DNA of 64,000 nucleotides from Candidatus Poribacteria bacterium (lineage in GTDB: Bacteria > Poribacteria > WGA-4E > WGA-3G): NCBI GenBank assembly GCA_965205025.1, contig CBDBFU010000014.1, positions 256,001 to 320,000 on the forward strand. The letters run 5' to 3'. Both the position numbers and the translations under genes were made by a program. Every line of letters begins with the position of its first letter. Within the stretch, counting starts at the first letter, position 1. The notes under the pieces were generated by a model that was not told where the DNA came from, did not search any database, and saw only the letters and a program-made list of their open reading frames with translations. Shown here piece after piece: positions 18,976 to 29,041 of this stretch.

Positions 18976-20643
18976 ATGAATACATCAAATCAATCTAATA
19001 CCTCAAATGAAAAACCAAGCACTATTGAGGACATCATCCGGACTATACAAGAAAAGTCAAAAGATGGTAGCTACATCTTCCGTGGTGAACGCCAATGTCG
19101 TAATAAAAAAGTTTCCTCAAAACTTTATCGAGACTTTGAGGATATAGACTCAGAAACATTTGATATTGAGGTAATCCAAAAAGAGATGCTTAGCGGTGCT
19201 AAAAAACATACTGGACATTATCCACAATCAGGGGAGACACCTCCAGACTTCCGTCCAACTCTCGCGAGAATGTTTAGGGTGAGAGAAGAAGATACTGCAG
19301 AAACTATTGATTTTGAGATACTTACTGAAATCCAACACTATGGTGGTAAGACAAATCTAATTGATTTCACGACCGACTATTGCATTGCCCTATTTTTCGC
19401 ATGCGATGGTCACCATGACAAAGACGGTCGATTAATCCTACTAAAAACACAGAATATAAAAGACATGATCAAGTATCCCAAGGAGCCAAGACATCGGGTT
19501 ATCGCCCAGAAAAGTGTAATTGTGCGTCCGCCGAAAGGTTATATTGAACAGCACGAGTATCATATAGTAAAAATCCCCGCTAAACTCAAAGAGGAAGTAC
19601 TACAGTATTTAGAAAAATATCATGGGATTTTCACGGAAACAATCTATAATGATCTTCATGGTTTTATTAGAAACCAGGATATTCATGGAGACGCCAACAC
19701 ATCTTTTTATAGAGGACTCGCATGTAGCAATAGAGGAGATAAAGTGGAAAGCAAAGAAGAAAAACAGAAGGAATATGAAGAAGCTATAACACACTATACT
19801 AAGGTAATCGAATTAAGACCCGATTTTGCTGGGGCATATAACAATCGTGGTAGTGCCTACAGCGATAAAGGTGAGCTTGACAGAGCTATCAAAGACTATG
19901 ACACCGCAATAGAAATCAAACCTGATTATGCTAATGCATATAATAATCGTGGTAGTGTTTACAGCGATAAAGGTGAGTTTGACAAAGCTATCAAAGACTA
20001 TGACACCGCAATAGAAATCAAACCTGATCATGATGCATATATCAATCGTGGTAGTGTTTACAGCGATAAAGGTGAGTTTGACAAAGCTATCAAAGACTAT
20101 GACACCGCAATAGAAATCAAACCTGATCATGATGCATATATCAATCGTGGTATTGTCTACAACAAGAAAGGTGAGTTTGACAAAGCTATCAAAGACTATG
20201 ACACCGCAATAGAAATCAAACCTAATTATGCCAAGGCATATAATAGTCGTGGTATTGCCTACGGAGAAAAAGGTGAGCTTGACAAAGCTATCAAAGACTG
20301 TGACATGGCAATAGAAATCAATCCTAATTATGCTGACGCATATAACAATCGTGGCTTCACCTATCAAAAAAAAGATGATGTTGATAACGCCATAAAAGAT
20401 TATAACACCGCGATAGAATTGGATCCTGGAATGGCAATAGCCTATACTAATCGAGGAGAAGCATGGCTACACTTAAAAGAATGGGATAAAGCGAGAACCG
20501 ACTTAATGACCGCCAAGGACATGGGCATAAGTATTATAGAGTCATTTCAGAATGACTATAAAAGCGTTGCCGACTTTGAGCAGAAGTATAACGTTGAACT
20601 CCCCGAAGACATTGCCGCACTACTAACACCTCCACAGTTATAG
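18976..20643 (+). CDS. FRG-domain + TPR protein with tandemly expanded TPRs
   Basis: IFRGE, IQHYGGKTNLIDFT, ALFFAC and AQKSV; about 8 TPRs; tail DFEQKYNVELPEDIAALLTPPQL. Confidence 0.88.
   Translation: MNTSNQSNTSNEKPSTIEDIIRTIQEKSKDGSYIFRGERQCRNKKVSSKLYRDFEDIDSETFDIEVIQKEMLSGAKKHTGHYPQSGETPPDFRPTLARMFRVREEDTAETIDFEILTEIQHYGGKTNLIDFTTDYCIALFFACDGHHDKDGRLILLKTQNIKDMIKYPKEPRHRVIAQKSVIVRPPKGYIEQHEYHIVKIPAKLKEEVLQYLEKYHGIFTETIYNDLHGFIRNQDIHGDANTSFYRGLACSNRGDKVESKEEKQKEYEEAITHYTKVIELRPDFAGAYNNRGSAYSDKGELDRAIKDYDTAIEIKPDYANAYNNRGSVYSDKGEFDKAIKDYDTAIEIKPDHDAYINRGSVYSDKGEFDKAIKDYDTAIEIKPDHDAYINRGIVYNKKGEFDKAIKDYDTAIEIKPNYAKAYNSRGIAYGEKGELDKAIKDCDMAIEINPNYADAYNNRGFTYQKKDDVDNAIKDYNTAIELDPGMAIAYTNRGEAWLHLKEWDKARTDLMTAKDMGISIIESFQNDYKSVADFEQKYNVELPEDIAALLTPPQL
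19843..20346 (+). repeat. Intragenic tandem repeat: five 99/102-bp TPR-coding units
   Basis: Units start at 19843, 19945, 20044, 20143 and 20245; units 2 and 3 are identical over 99 bp. Confidence 0.9.
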
Positions 20644-20920
20644 CAGCATAGTAAAAAACACTCACCTTAGCAGGTTAACTGATGTTACAGATTCCCAATC
20701 CGTGTAATCTGTGTAATCTGTGTAATCCGACGAATTCCATACGCGGATTCGGCGTTGATTTGGTGATTCAGACAACACAGAACCCCAAACAGACAGGACA
20801 ACCCTAACACCAAAACACAGACCAATGCAAAGGCTTACCCTTGAAAATGATCTTGCTAAGCTGGTCTCCGAACTGTCCAATTTAACGGAAAAAGAAATTG
20901 CGATTGTGGAAAGGTCTGTC
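20644..20920 (+). repeat. Cassette junction repeat J3 with R-M 3'-end copy
   Basis: Contains the (GTGTAATCT)n motif; 20840-20920 translates as LENDLAKLVSELSNLTEKEIAIVERSV. Confidence 0.8.
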
Positions 20921-21033
20921 CGATTGGCAAAAGACGCTTAGATTGAGAGGGAAATAGGGATTTTGGTTGATATGTCGGGGTTGGTTGCGTTATCATTACC
21001 ATCAAGGAATACGAATTGTGCAGGAGAAAAGTT

Positions 21034-21699
21034 ATGCAAGAACTAAATCAAGGGTTTGTTAATGCTTCTTACGACCCCAATTTTATTTATGCTGATAACA
21101 CACTATCTCGCATACAGGATAGTGTTGAGGCGTACAATAACCAAGGCGTTAATCATGCCAAAAATGGACATTATGATCTTGCCATCATCTCCTTCAAAAA
21201 AGCGATAGAACTAAAACCTGATTATGCTACATCTTATTATAATCGAGGTCTAACTTATCTGCTCAACGACGAAGTTGATAAGGCAATAAGAGATTATACA
21301 AAAGTAATAGAACTTAACCCAGATAATGCGGAAGTCTATAACATGCGTGGATGTATTTATTTCAGCAAAAATGTGGTTGACCATGCCATTAAAGACTTTA
21401 ATAAAGCAATAGAGCTGAACCCAGATAATGCCGTTGCCTATAACAACCGCGGTTTAGCTTATGCGAAAAAAAGTCAGGTGGAATTTGCTATTGCTGACTA
21501 TTCTAAAGCGATAGCACTCAATCCCGATTTTGCTGAGGCATATTATTATCGCGGAGGTGCATTGTTACGACTCGAAAAGCGAGAGAGGGCTAAATTAGAC
21601 CTCGCGATTGCCAGAAGCATGGAATATGACTCTCTCATTGCCTTAGACAAAATACTGAAAGATTACGATCGCGCATGGAAAACCCTCGCCAACTTATGA
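21034..21699 (+). CDS. TPR-repeat protein
   Basis: AGGAG RBS before the ATG at 21034; about 5 TPRs (AYNNRG...AIELNPD). Confidence 0.8.
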   Translation: MQELNQGFVNASYDPNFIYADNTLSRIQDSVEAYNNQGVNHAKNGHYDLAIISFKKAIELKPDYATSYYNRGLTYLLNDEVDKAIRDYTKVIELNPDNAEVYNMRGCIYFSKNVVDHAIKDFNKAIELNPDNAVAYNNRGLAYAKKSQVEFAIADYSKAIALNPDFAEAYYYRGGALLRLEKRERAKLDLAIARSMEYDSLIALDKILKDYDRAWKTLANL

Positions 21700-21786
21700 A
21701 ATATTTAGATGATTGCAGAGAATAAAATCCGCGTCCTCTGTGTCCTCCGCGAATATCCGCGATTCAGATTTTACTCAAAAGTGAAA

Positions 21787-21816
21787 TTGACAAAACCGGC
21801 ACATGTATAGTATGAT
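21787..21816 (+). promoter_or_regulatory. Putative sigma70 promoter
   Basis: TTGACA-18 bp-TATGAT upstream of 21854. Confidence 0.45.
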
Positions 21817-21853
21817 TTAACATTAGAGGTATCTGCATTGTGGTGATCAAAGT

Positions 21854-22887
21854 TTGAACACACAAACAACCGAACTGAACAAGATTTTAGAGATAATTGG
21901 TAGGATAGCAAAAACAACTGCGGATGGAGACTTCATCTACCGCGGCGAACCCGAACATTATAAAGAAGATTCGTACTATGAGAAAGTATCCTCAAGTCTC
22001 TGGCGTGACTGTAGAAAGGAGATTGGAACAGAGGAGTTTGATATAGAAGTCATCCAAAAACAAATGCTGGAAAAGGAGACGTAAAAAACATGCAGACACA
22101 TACAGGACAGGCCTCCTACGATACCGCTATCCAGCACTATAACAAAGCAATCGCTTCAAAACCGAATTTTGCCCACGCTTATAACTATCGCGGCATTGCC
22201 TATAGTAATATAGGTGAGTTTGACCGCGCGATTGAGGATTTCAATAGAGCTATACAACTCAAAGATGACTATGCCGAGGCTTACAGTAATCGTAGTGGTG
22301 TTTACCGTATTCAAGGTGACTATGACCGCGCCATTAAGGATTGTAACACAGCGATAAGACTCGACCCCAATTTGCCAGAAGCATATAACAATCGAGGGAT
22401 AATTTATAAACTCACAGGCGAAATAGATCGGGCTATTGAAGACTATAACACGGCTATAGTACTTGATCCAAACTTCGCTTACGCTTATTACAATCGCGGT
22501 ATTGTCTACCACGAAAGAGACGACTTTGAGCGTGCCATCAGAGACTATACCAAGTCAATAGAACTGAGACCAGACCTTGTCCATCCCTATAATAACCGCG
22601 GGAATGCATACACTCAAAAAGGCGCGTATGAACGTGCTATAAAAGACTATGATGCGGCGATAGAACGGAACACTGATTTAGCAGAGCCGTATTACAATCG
22701 CGGCATGGCGTTTTTAACCCTCGAAAACTGGGATAAGGCAAAATCGGACCTAACAACTGCTGTAGAACTCAAAGAAACTATTGTCCTTGAGAACTTCAGC
22801 AAAGACTATAAAAGCATTGCTAACTTTGAGAAGAAACATAATGTTACCCTACCAGAAAACATCACCGCACTGCTAACACCTCCATAG
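21854..22887 (+). pseudogene. FRG-TPR paralogue with most of the FRG domain deleted; TPR part (22090-22887) intact
   Basis: 21854-22084 matches the N-termini of the paralogues (ELNKILEII...IYRGE...KVSS) and then jumps out of frame to KGDVKNMQ...YDTAIQHY; same C-terminal tail LPENITALLTPP. Confidence 0.75.
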
Positions 22888-23037
22888 CCATAGCAAAACA
22901 GAAAACACTCACCTTAGCAGATTACCTGATGTAACAGATTACCAATCCGCGTTTTCCGTGTTCTCCGCAATTCAGACAACAAAGAACCCTGAAGGGATAG
23001 GACAACCCCCACACCCAAACACAGACCAATGCCAAAG
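22888..23037 (+). repeat. Cassette junction repeat J5, interrupted; resumes at 25102-25125
   Basis: Ends in cacagaccaATGCCAAAG; the continuation ATGCCAAAGctttcacttgaaaat lies at 25102. Confidence 0.75.
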
Positions 23038-24723
23038 GGGTGTCTACAGTTTTTGGCATTAATTTATACCATTTCTGGTAATTAAAGTCTCATTAATAGA
23101 ATCTCTTTTTTGTAGCACAAACTGTATGAAGATTAAGAAAATATTTCGGTAATTCTAATTTTTCCATACCCGGTAGGTGCGGTTTCCTAACCACGGGGAA
23201 TGCTAAATAGCATTCATACCGTTGATTCGAATTTCTAACACATTACCGAATTATTATTTTAAGCTTCATTTAGTTTGTGCCGTATTAGATTACATTTCAC
23301 AAAAACCTGTAATGCGAACCCATTTTTTAGAAATGGTATCAGATAAAATCGAAGATACATTTCATTCACGCCATTGTTAAAACACAATAAACATATGTGA
23401 TTCACGGAAAATTGGTATACTTAAAATTATAAACCCTTATAGAATAAGGGCTCGTAAAATTGCTCCGTGAAGGTTTCCGTGAAAATGCTATCAACTCAGA
23501 ACGATAAATATTAACACTTTTTCCATAAAACTTAAAATAATTTGAAGAAAATATAAACATCTAACAACTAACACATATATCACAATAACATAAAATAAAT
23601 TAAATATATTTGTCAAAATCAAAACAAAATGATACAATACTATATCGTTCAATAATTATAAACTAAAAATAACACGTTACTTGGGAGATACGAAATATTA
23701 TTTATATCGTGAAAGTATAACTATTTTCTACAGTGTATCTCAAAAATACGAATCGTTCATAACCATATAATTACTCTTCGTAGGGACGGGTTCTCCCCGT
23801 CCGTTATTTCAATATAAAGTACAGTGTAAGAACAAAAAATTCTCCATATATATGATTTATGAGATAAGCTCAAATTATTTAGACTTCTAAACTTTATGCC
23901 AAATTCAACCAAATCCACTATCTGGGAAATAGGAAAATCCATGTTAGAATTACAACCAAAATATTCAGAATTATCACCCCATAAGCAGATACAGAGGAAA
24001 ATCAATGCGAATTCAACCGAATATTTTTTTAGTTTTTCTAATTTTAATATTTTACACCGATTAATCAAATCCTTTGTTATCCCAATCCCCAACAGGGTTT
24101 ACGGCTCATTAAAAAATCATTTCTTAAAAAGCAACTAAAAAAACTTGAAAAACTAAAAGAGCTAAAAAAACTAAAAATTAGACCGGCTTCAAACAAAACA
24201 GACTATCATGCACAACAGTAAACTACAGCGTATCTCATTACTACGAATCGTCCATACAGATATAATTCTCTTCATAGAATTCGGATTTCCCCATCCGTTG
24301 GTTGAAAATATAGCAAATGGCACGTACAAAGAATCCTCCAAATCTATGATTTATGATATATGTTCCAATATCTTGTCAAAATGGAAACACAAAATATTTC
24401 ACATTCAAACAATCCTAAATCAATGGATCAAAAGAAAAGTAAAAGACACAAAATTCATCACCACTTTATAATTTTTACAAATTCTTGTAACCTTAAAAAA
24501 TAGATCTAAACCCAGTGTAGTACTGACGGGATAGAGGTTTTTCCAATGTCACACCATGTGACAAAAAGTGTAACTTTATTCAACATATAAATAACTAAAA
24601 TATTACTATTGTGAACATAAAAAAACAGCAAGATTACAGTAAAATTACCCTCGGTTCAATATAATACATAGAAAAAAGATCCCTATGATACCGTTATATT
24701 CATGCCAAAAACTTTACACACCC
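23038..24723. mobile_element. Non-autonomous or decayed IS-like element, 22-bp TIRs, 9-bp target duplication ATGCCAAAG
   Basis: Left GGGTGTCTACAGTTTTTGGCAT, right ATGCCAAAAACTTTACACACCC; ATGCCAAAG at 23029-23037 and 24724-24732; no intact transposase inside. Confidence 0.75.
23066..23339. mobile_element. Nested ATACCATTTCT-type MITE with inner ATGAAGATTAA element and a 34-bp hairpin element
   Basis: Same architecture as 3380-3850. Confidence 0.75.
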
Positions 24724-24732
24724 ATGCCAAAG

Positions 24733-25101
24733 GGTGTAAACTTTTTGTCACCATAGGTGTTAATTTACACATTAGACTCTTCTGTAGGCGGGGAATGCCT
24801 AAATGGCATTCATACCGTTGATTCCGAACTCCGATTCCCGACTCTTCTCTTCCTCTTCGTAGGGGCGGGGTCTCCCTGACCGATATTTGTATCACAATCT
24901 TCATGAGGATTAAATAAATATTTCGGTAATTCTAATTTTCCCAAACCCGGTAGGTGCGGTTTCCTAACCGCACTGGATTTTTCTTTAAAATTACCGGATT
25001 AAAAAATTAATCTTCATCCAGATTGCGTCTTGCGGTATAGCACAAACTAACAGTTTATGCTACAAAATAGACACATATAGTGACAAATTATTTACATACC
25101 C
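24733..25101. mobile_element. Second MITE inserted at the same ATGCCAAAG target
   Basis: Left GGTGTAAACTTTTTGTCAC, right GTGACAAATTATTTACATACCC; third ATGCCAAAG at 25102-25110; contains REP-like palindromes and the free ATGAAGATTAA-type element at 24903-25017. Confidence 0.65.
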
Positions 25102-25192
25102 ATGCCAAAGCTTTCACTTGAAAATCCATTTGACGTTATGATATACTGCTGATACAATCAGACTGCAAACATAATATAAGGAGGATTAATCC

Positions 25193-25597
25193 ATGAACGG
25201 CACCGAAAAGGTTGTAAAACATCTGGAAATGACGCAAGCCGTTATTAACCGCTTGGGACGCAACAGTTTTCTCTTAAAAAGTTGGAGCATGACGATCCTC
25301 GTTGCAGCAATGGTCTTAATCACAAGAGAAAACCTGCAAAATTCAAATTTTGTCTTGGTCCTCTTCCTTCCCATCGTAGGATTTTGGATTCTGGATGGAT
25401 ACTTTCTTTCGCAGGAACGGTTGTTCCGATATGTCTATAATGATATCAGAGAGCAAACTGATACCGATTTCAAGATGGATCTCGGCAAGCACAAGGACAA
25501 ACCGAAAAGTAGTTGGATATCCGCTATTTTTTCAGTAACGCTTATTATTTTTTATCTGATAGAAGTCCTTTTTGTGAGTGCAATTGCCTATTTTTAA
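25193..25597 (+). CDS. Small 3-TM membrane protein, possible defence effector
   Basis: GGAGGA RBS; KHLEMTQAVINRLGRNSFLLKSW...FWILDGYFLSQERLFR with three hydrophobic segments; bracketed by junction repeats. Confidence 0.7.
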   Translation: MNGTEKVVKHLEMTQAVINRLGRNSFLLKSWSMTILVAAMVLITRENLQNSNFVLVLFLPIVGFWILDGYFLSQERLFRYVYNDIREQTDTDFKMDLGKHKDKPKSSWISAIFSVTLIIFYLIEVLFVSAIAYF

Positions 25598-25650
25598 ATT
25601 GATTCTAAGTCGATATGAGATGCGTCTTTTCGGTAATACCAAGATTTCTA

Positions 25651-25837
25651 ATCACCGCACTGCTAACGCCTCCACAGCCATAGCAGCATAACAGAACTCC
25701 CTTCTTAGAAAATTACCTGATGTTACAGACTGCCAATCCGTGAAATCCGTGTAATCTGTGTAATCCGCGATTCAGACAACAAAGAATCCCGAACAGACAA
25801 GACAACCCTCACACCCAAACACAGACCAATGCCAAAG
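25651..25837 (+). repeat. Junction repeat J6, including an orphan TPR-gene tail (ITALLTPPQP*), followed by another left TIR at 25838
   Basis: Closely similar to 22861-23060; 26126-26256 and 26697-26787 also duplicate 23511-23638 and 23393-23484. Confidence 0.8.
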
Positions 25838-25875
25838 GGGTGTGTAAAGTTTTTGGCATTAATTTACTTAATATA

Positions 25876-26099
25876 ACGAGTTGTGCTAAATAACTTTTAG
25901 CAACCAATAATTTCACATATATAATAGTTGATATGAATATCCTACATTAGTTAAGACTTTCTTTAGTCCCGTAGGGACGGAATGTCTATAGAAAACCAAT
26001 GAAAAACCTAAGTTGAGTCCCGTAGGGACGGAATGTCTATAGTAAAAAACCAAAATCCGTAAAAACAACAAATACATTTAGTTAACTGGCACAAGTCGT
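25876..26099. mobile_element. MITE (ACGAGTTGTGC...GCACAAGTCGT) carrying two REP-like palindromes; 7-bp flanking duplication TAATATA
   Basis: Related copies at 63040-63264 (flanked by TTAAATT) and, inverted, at 63462-63636. Confidence 0.7.
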
Positions 26100-26256
26100 T
26101 AATATAAACTGTATCAAATTCTAATTTCACACTTTTTCCATAAGACTTAAAATAATTTGAAGAAAATATAAACAGCTAACAACTAACACACATATATCAC
26201 AATAACATAAAATAAATTAAATATATTTGTCAAAATCAAAACAAAATGATACAATC

Positions 26257-26376
26257 AGGACTTACGCATTTCATCTTAAAGTCCCCCTGATAAGGGGGAT
26301 TTAGGGGGTTAAAACACTGAAATGACGGCTTTTTAAGTTAAATTTACCTTTTTCTGATTAAGTTGCGTAAGTCCTG
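26257..26376. mobile_element. CAGGACTTACGCA-type MITE, empty copy
   Basis: Near-identical to 4944-5133 without the nested insert. Confidence 0.8.
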
Positions 26377-26530
26377 TAAGAATCTAATGATAAGTCTATT
26401 TTTTGGAGTTTTCTATATCAAAAATACCGTACTCCAGCGGAGTACTATGTCTATAGAAAACAATATCGGAACAGTCTGGCACTCCAGCGGAGTGCCATGT
26501 CCCAATACACTACGTATGAAAAACATATAA

Positions 26531-26658
26531 TACTATTTCTGGTAATTAAAGTCCCATTACAAAAATCTCTTTAATGTAGCACAAACTTCCAGTTTGTGTA
26601 GTATTTCAAGACATAAATATCACCTAATCATGGAAGAATCATTTATAGAAATGGTATA
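26531..26658. mobile_element. ATACCATTTCT-type MITE, empty copy
   Basis: Uninterrupted GTAGCACAAACTTCCAGTTTGTG palindrome at the site where the other copies carry the inner element. Confidence 0.7.
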
Positions 26659-26801
26659 AGTACTTAATACACACTTAAGTTATAATATAATCAACGTATG
26701 TGATTCACGGAGAATTGGTATACTTTAAATTATAAACCCTTATAGAATAAGGCTTCGTAGAATTGCTCCGTGAAGGTTTCCGTGAAAGTCCGGTTTAAAA
26801 T

Positions 26802-26831
26802 TTGCAATTATCTGCATATATATGGTATACT
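26802..26831 (+). promoter_or_regulatory. Putative pyr operon promoter
   Basis: TTGCAA-18 bp-TATACT with TG extended -10. Confidence 0.55.
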
Positions 26832-26862
26832 AAATTAGGTTAATTAAGCGTTAGGTTCAAAA

Positions 26863-26896
26863 CCTTTTTAATCCCATCCCGAGAGGTGGAAAAAGG
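26863..26896 (+). promoter_or_regulatory. PyrR-binding RNA stem-loop (anti-antiterminator)
   Basis: CCTTTTTAATCCCATCCCGAGAGGTGGAAAAAGG resembles the PyrR-site consensus (UUUAA...UCCnGAGAGG) upstream of pyrR. Confidence 0.75.
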
Positions 26897-27048
26897 ATGT
26901 TAGACTACAAAACGGGAACTTATGTTCCCACCTATAATAAAATAATAATACATCAGTTCATACTTAGAGATCTAATTCCAAACTACTCCATTACCTCAAA
27001 TCTATTAAATTTACAAATTTGTTGTAAAGTTCAAATACTAAATCTGAC

Positions 27049-27079
27049 CCTTCTCACTCAAAAGTGAGAAGGTTTTTTT
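27049..27079 (+). terminator. Attenuator intrinsic terminator in the pyrR leader
   Basis: CCTTCTCACT-caaa-AGTGAGAAGG followed by T7. Confidence 0.85.
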
Positions 27080-27137
27080 ATGTCAAATACATTAGAATAA
27101 ACACTAAGACAAATAATAATTTTACTTGGTCAAAACT

Positions 27138-27691
<554 letters not shown>

Positions 27692-27730
27692 TGTAATATG
27701 TTTCTAATTATAAGGATAGCCTAAACAGAA

Positions 27731-29014
27731 ATGCAGAGAACACTCCTACGTAATGGACACATCATTGATCCCGTTAATGATATAGATGAAGTGGGTGATA
27801 TTCTGATTGTTGATGGTAAAATTGCCCAGGTTGGTGGCAATATCCAAGTAGATATTGATGATGTAAGAGATGCAACTAATTTGACAGTCACCCCCGGTCT
27901 GATTGACATACATGTGCATCTACGTGAACCCGGATTAGAACATAAAGAAACAATATCTACTGGCACAGCCGCAGCAGCAGCAGGTGGGTTTACATCTGTT
28001 GTATGTATGGCGAATACATCACCAGTGACAGATACTCCAGATAGAGTAAAGCACATTTACAACATTGCAACAGATATCACAAGACAACAAGGCACTTCTA
28101 CTGCAAATGTATTCACGGTAGGAAGTATAACTAAGGATCTTTCAGGAGAAGAACTGACTGATATAAATGGAATGCTTTCAGCAGGTGCAGTTGGATTTAG
28201 CGATGATGGCGTTACCGTTATGAATTCCGCACTTATGTGTGATGTGTTGAGATTAAGTGCAGAACTAAACTTTCCAGTGATGGTCCATTGTGAAGAACAC
28301 AATCTTAATGCTGGTGCTGTGATGAATCTTGGTGAAACTTCACGGAAATTGAACCTCGTTGGCAGCCCGAATGCTGCAGAAGATATAATTGTTGCACGGG
28401 ATATTATGTTAGCAGAATTTACAGGTGGACACATTCATATACTTCACGTTAGCACTGCAGGAGCAGTTGATTTGGTTAGATGGGGAAAGCAGAGAGGGGT
28501 AAACATCACAGCTGAAGCATGCCCACACCACTGGATTCTCACGGATGAAGAGGTAGAGAAACAGGGAACGAATGCCAAGATGCACCCACCATTAAGATCT
28601 CAAACAGATATTGAAGCTATTCTTCTTGGTTTACAGGATGGAACAATAGATGCAATCACTACAGACCATGCACCCCATACACCTGAAGAGAAAACACTTG
28701 GTATGGTGGATGCACCCAACGGAATAATAGGACTTGAAACAAGCTTACCCCTTGTTATGACAACTCTTGTTGAAAATGGACATCTTTCTTTGAAGGATGC
28801 GATTGCCAAAATGTCATATATTCCAGCAAATATCGTTGGAATTGATAGAGGAACACTTTCCATCGGGGCAATAGCAGATATAACATTAATTGACACACAA
28901 AAAATTGATAAAGTAAACGTTGAGAATTCTCTCTCTAAAAGTAGGAATACACCTTTCAATGGTTGGGAGTTAAAAGGATGGTCTATACAGACTATCAGAG
29001 ATGGAATATTTTAA
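27731..29014 (+). CDS. pyrC: Dihydroorotase (type I)
   Basis: DIHVHLREPG, MANTSP, HILHVST, KMHPPLR and TDHAPH motifs. Confidence 0.95.
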   Translation: MQRTLLRNGHIIDPVNDIDEVGDILIVDGKIAQVGGNIQVDIDDVRDATNLTVTPGLIDIHVHLREPGLEHKETISTGTAAAAAGGFTSVVCMANTSPVTDTPDRVKHIYNIATDITRQQGTSTANVFTVGSITKDLSGEELTDINGMLSAGAVGFSDDGVTVMNSALMCDVLRLSAELNFPVMVHCEEHNLNAGAVMNLGETSRKLNLVGSPNAAEDIIVARDIMLAEFTGGHIHILHVSTAGAVDLVRWGKQRGVNITAEACPHHWILTDEEVEKQGTNAKMHPPLRSQTDIEAILLGLQDGTIDAITTDHAPHTPEEKTLGMVDAPNGIIGLETSLPLVMTTLVENGHLSLKDAIAKMSYIPANIVGIDRGTLSIGAIADITLIDTQKIDKVNVENSLSKSRNTPFNGWELKGWSIQTIRDGIF

Positions 29015-29041
29015 TAATACCATAAAATAAAGAGGTATAAA

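Noticed and set aside
19843-20346. Possible DGR template/variable repeats
   Set aside because: Repeats are in-frame tandem TPR units, differences are not adenine-specific, and no reverse transcriptase is present.
20662-20880. 72-aa minus-strand ORF with DYTDYTDYTD
   Set aside because: Antisense translation of the junction's 9-bp tandem motif.
23757-24904. Short ORFs inside the TIR-bounded elements
   Set aside because: Low-complexity AT-rich sequence with no transposase or other recognisable motifs.
12594-25860. Classical integron
   Set aside because: No tyrosine integrase in the window, and the junctions lack a recognisable attC RYYYAAC...GTTRRRY structure.
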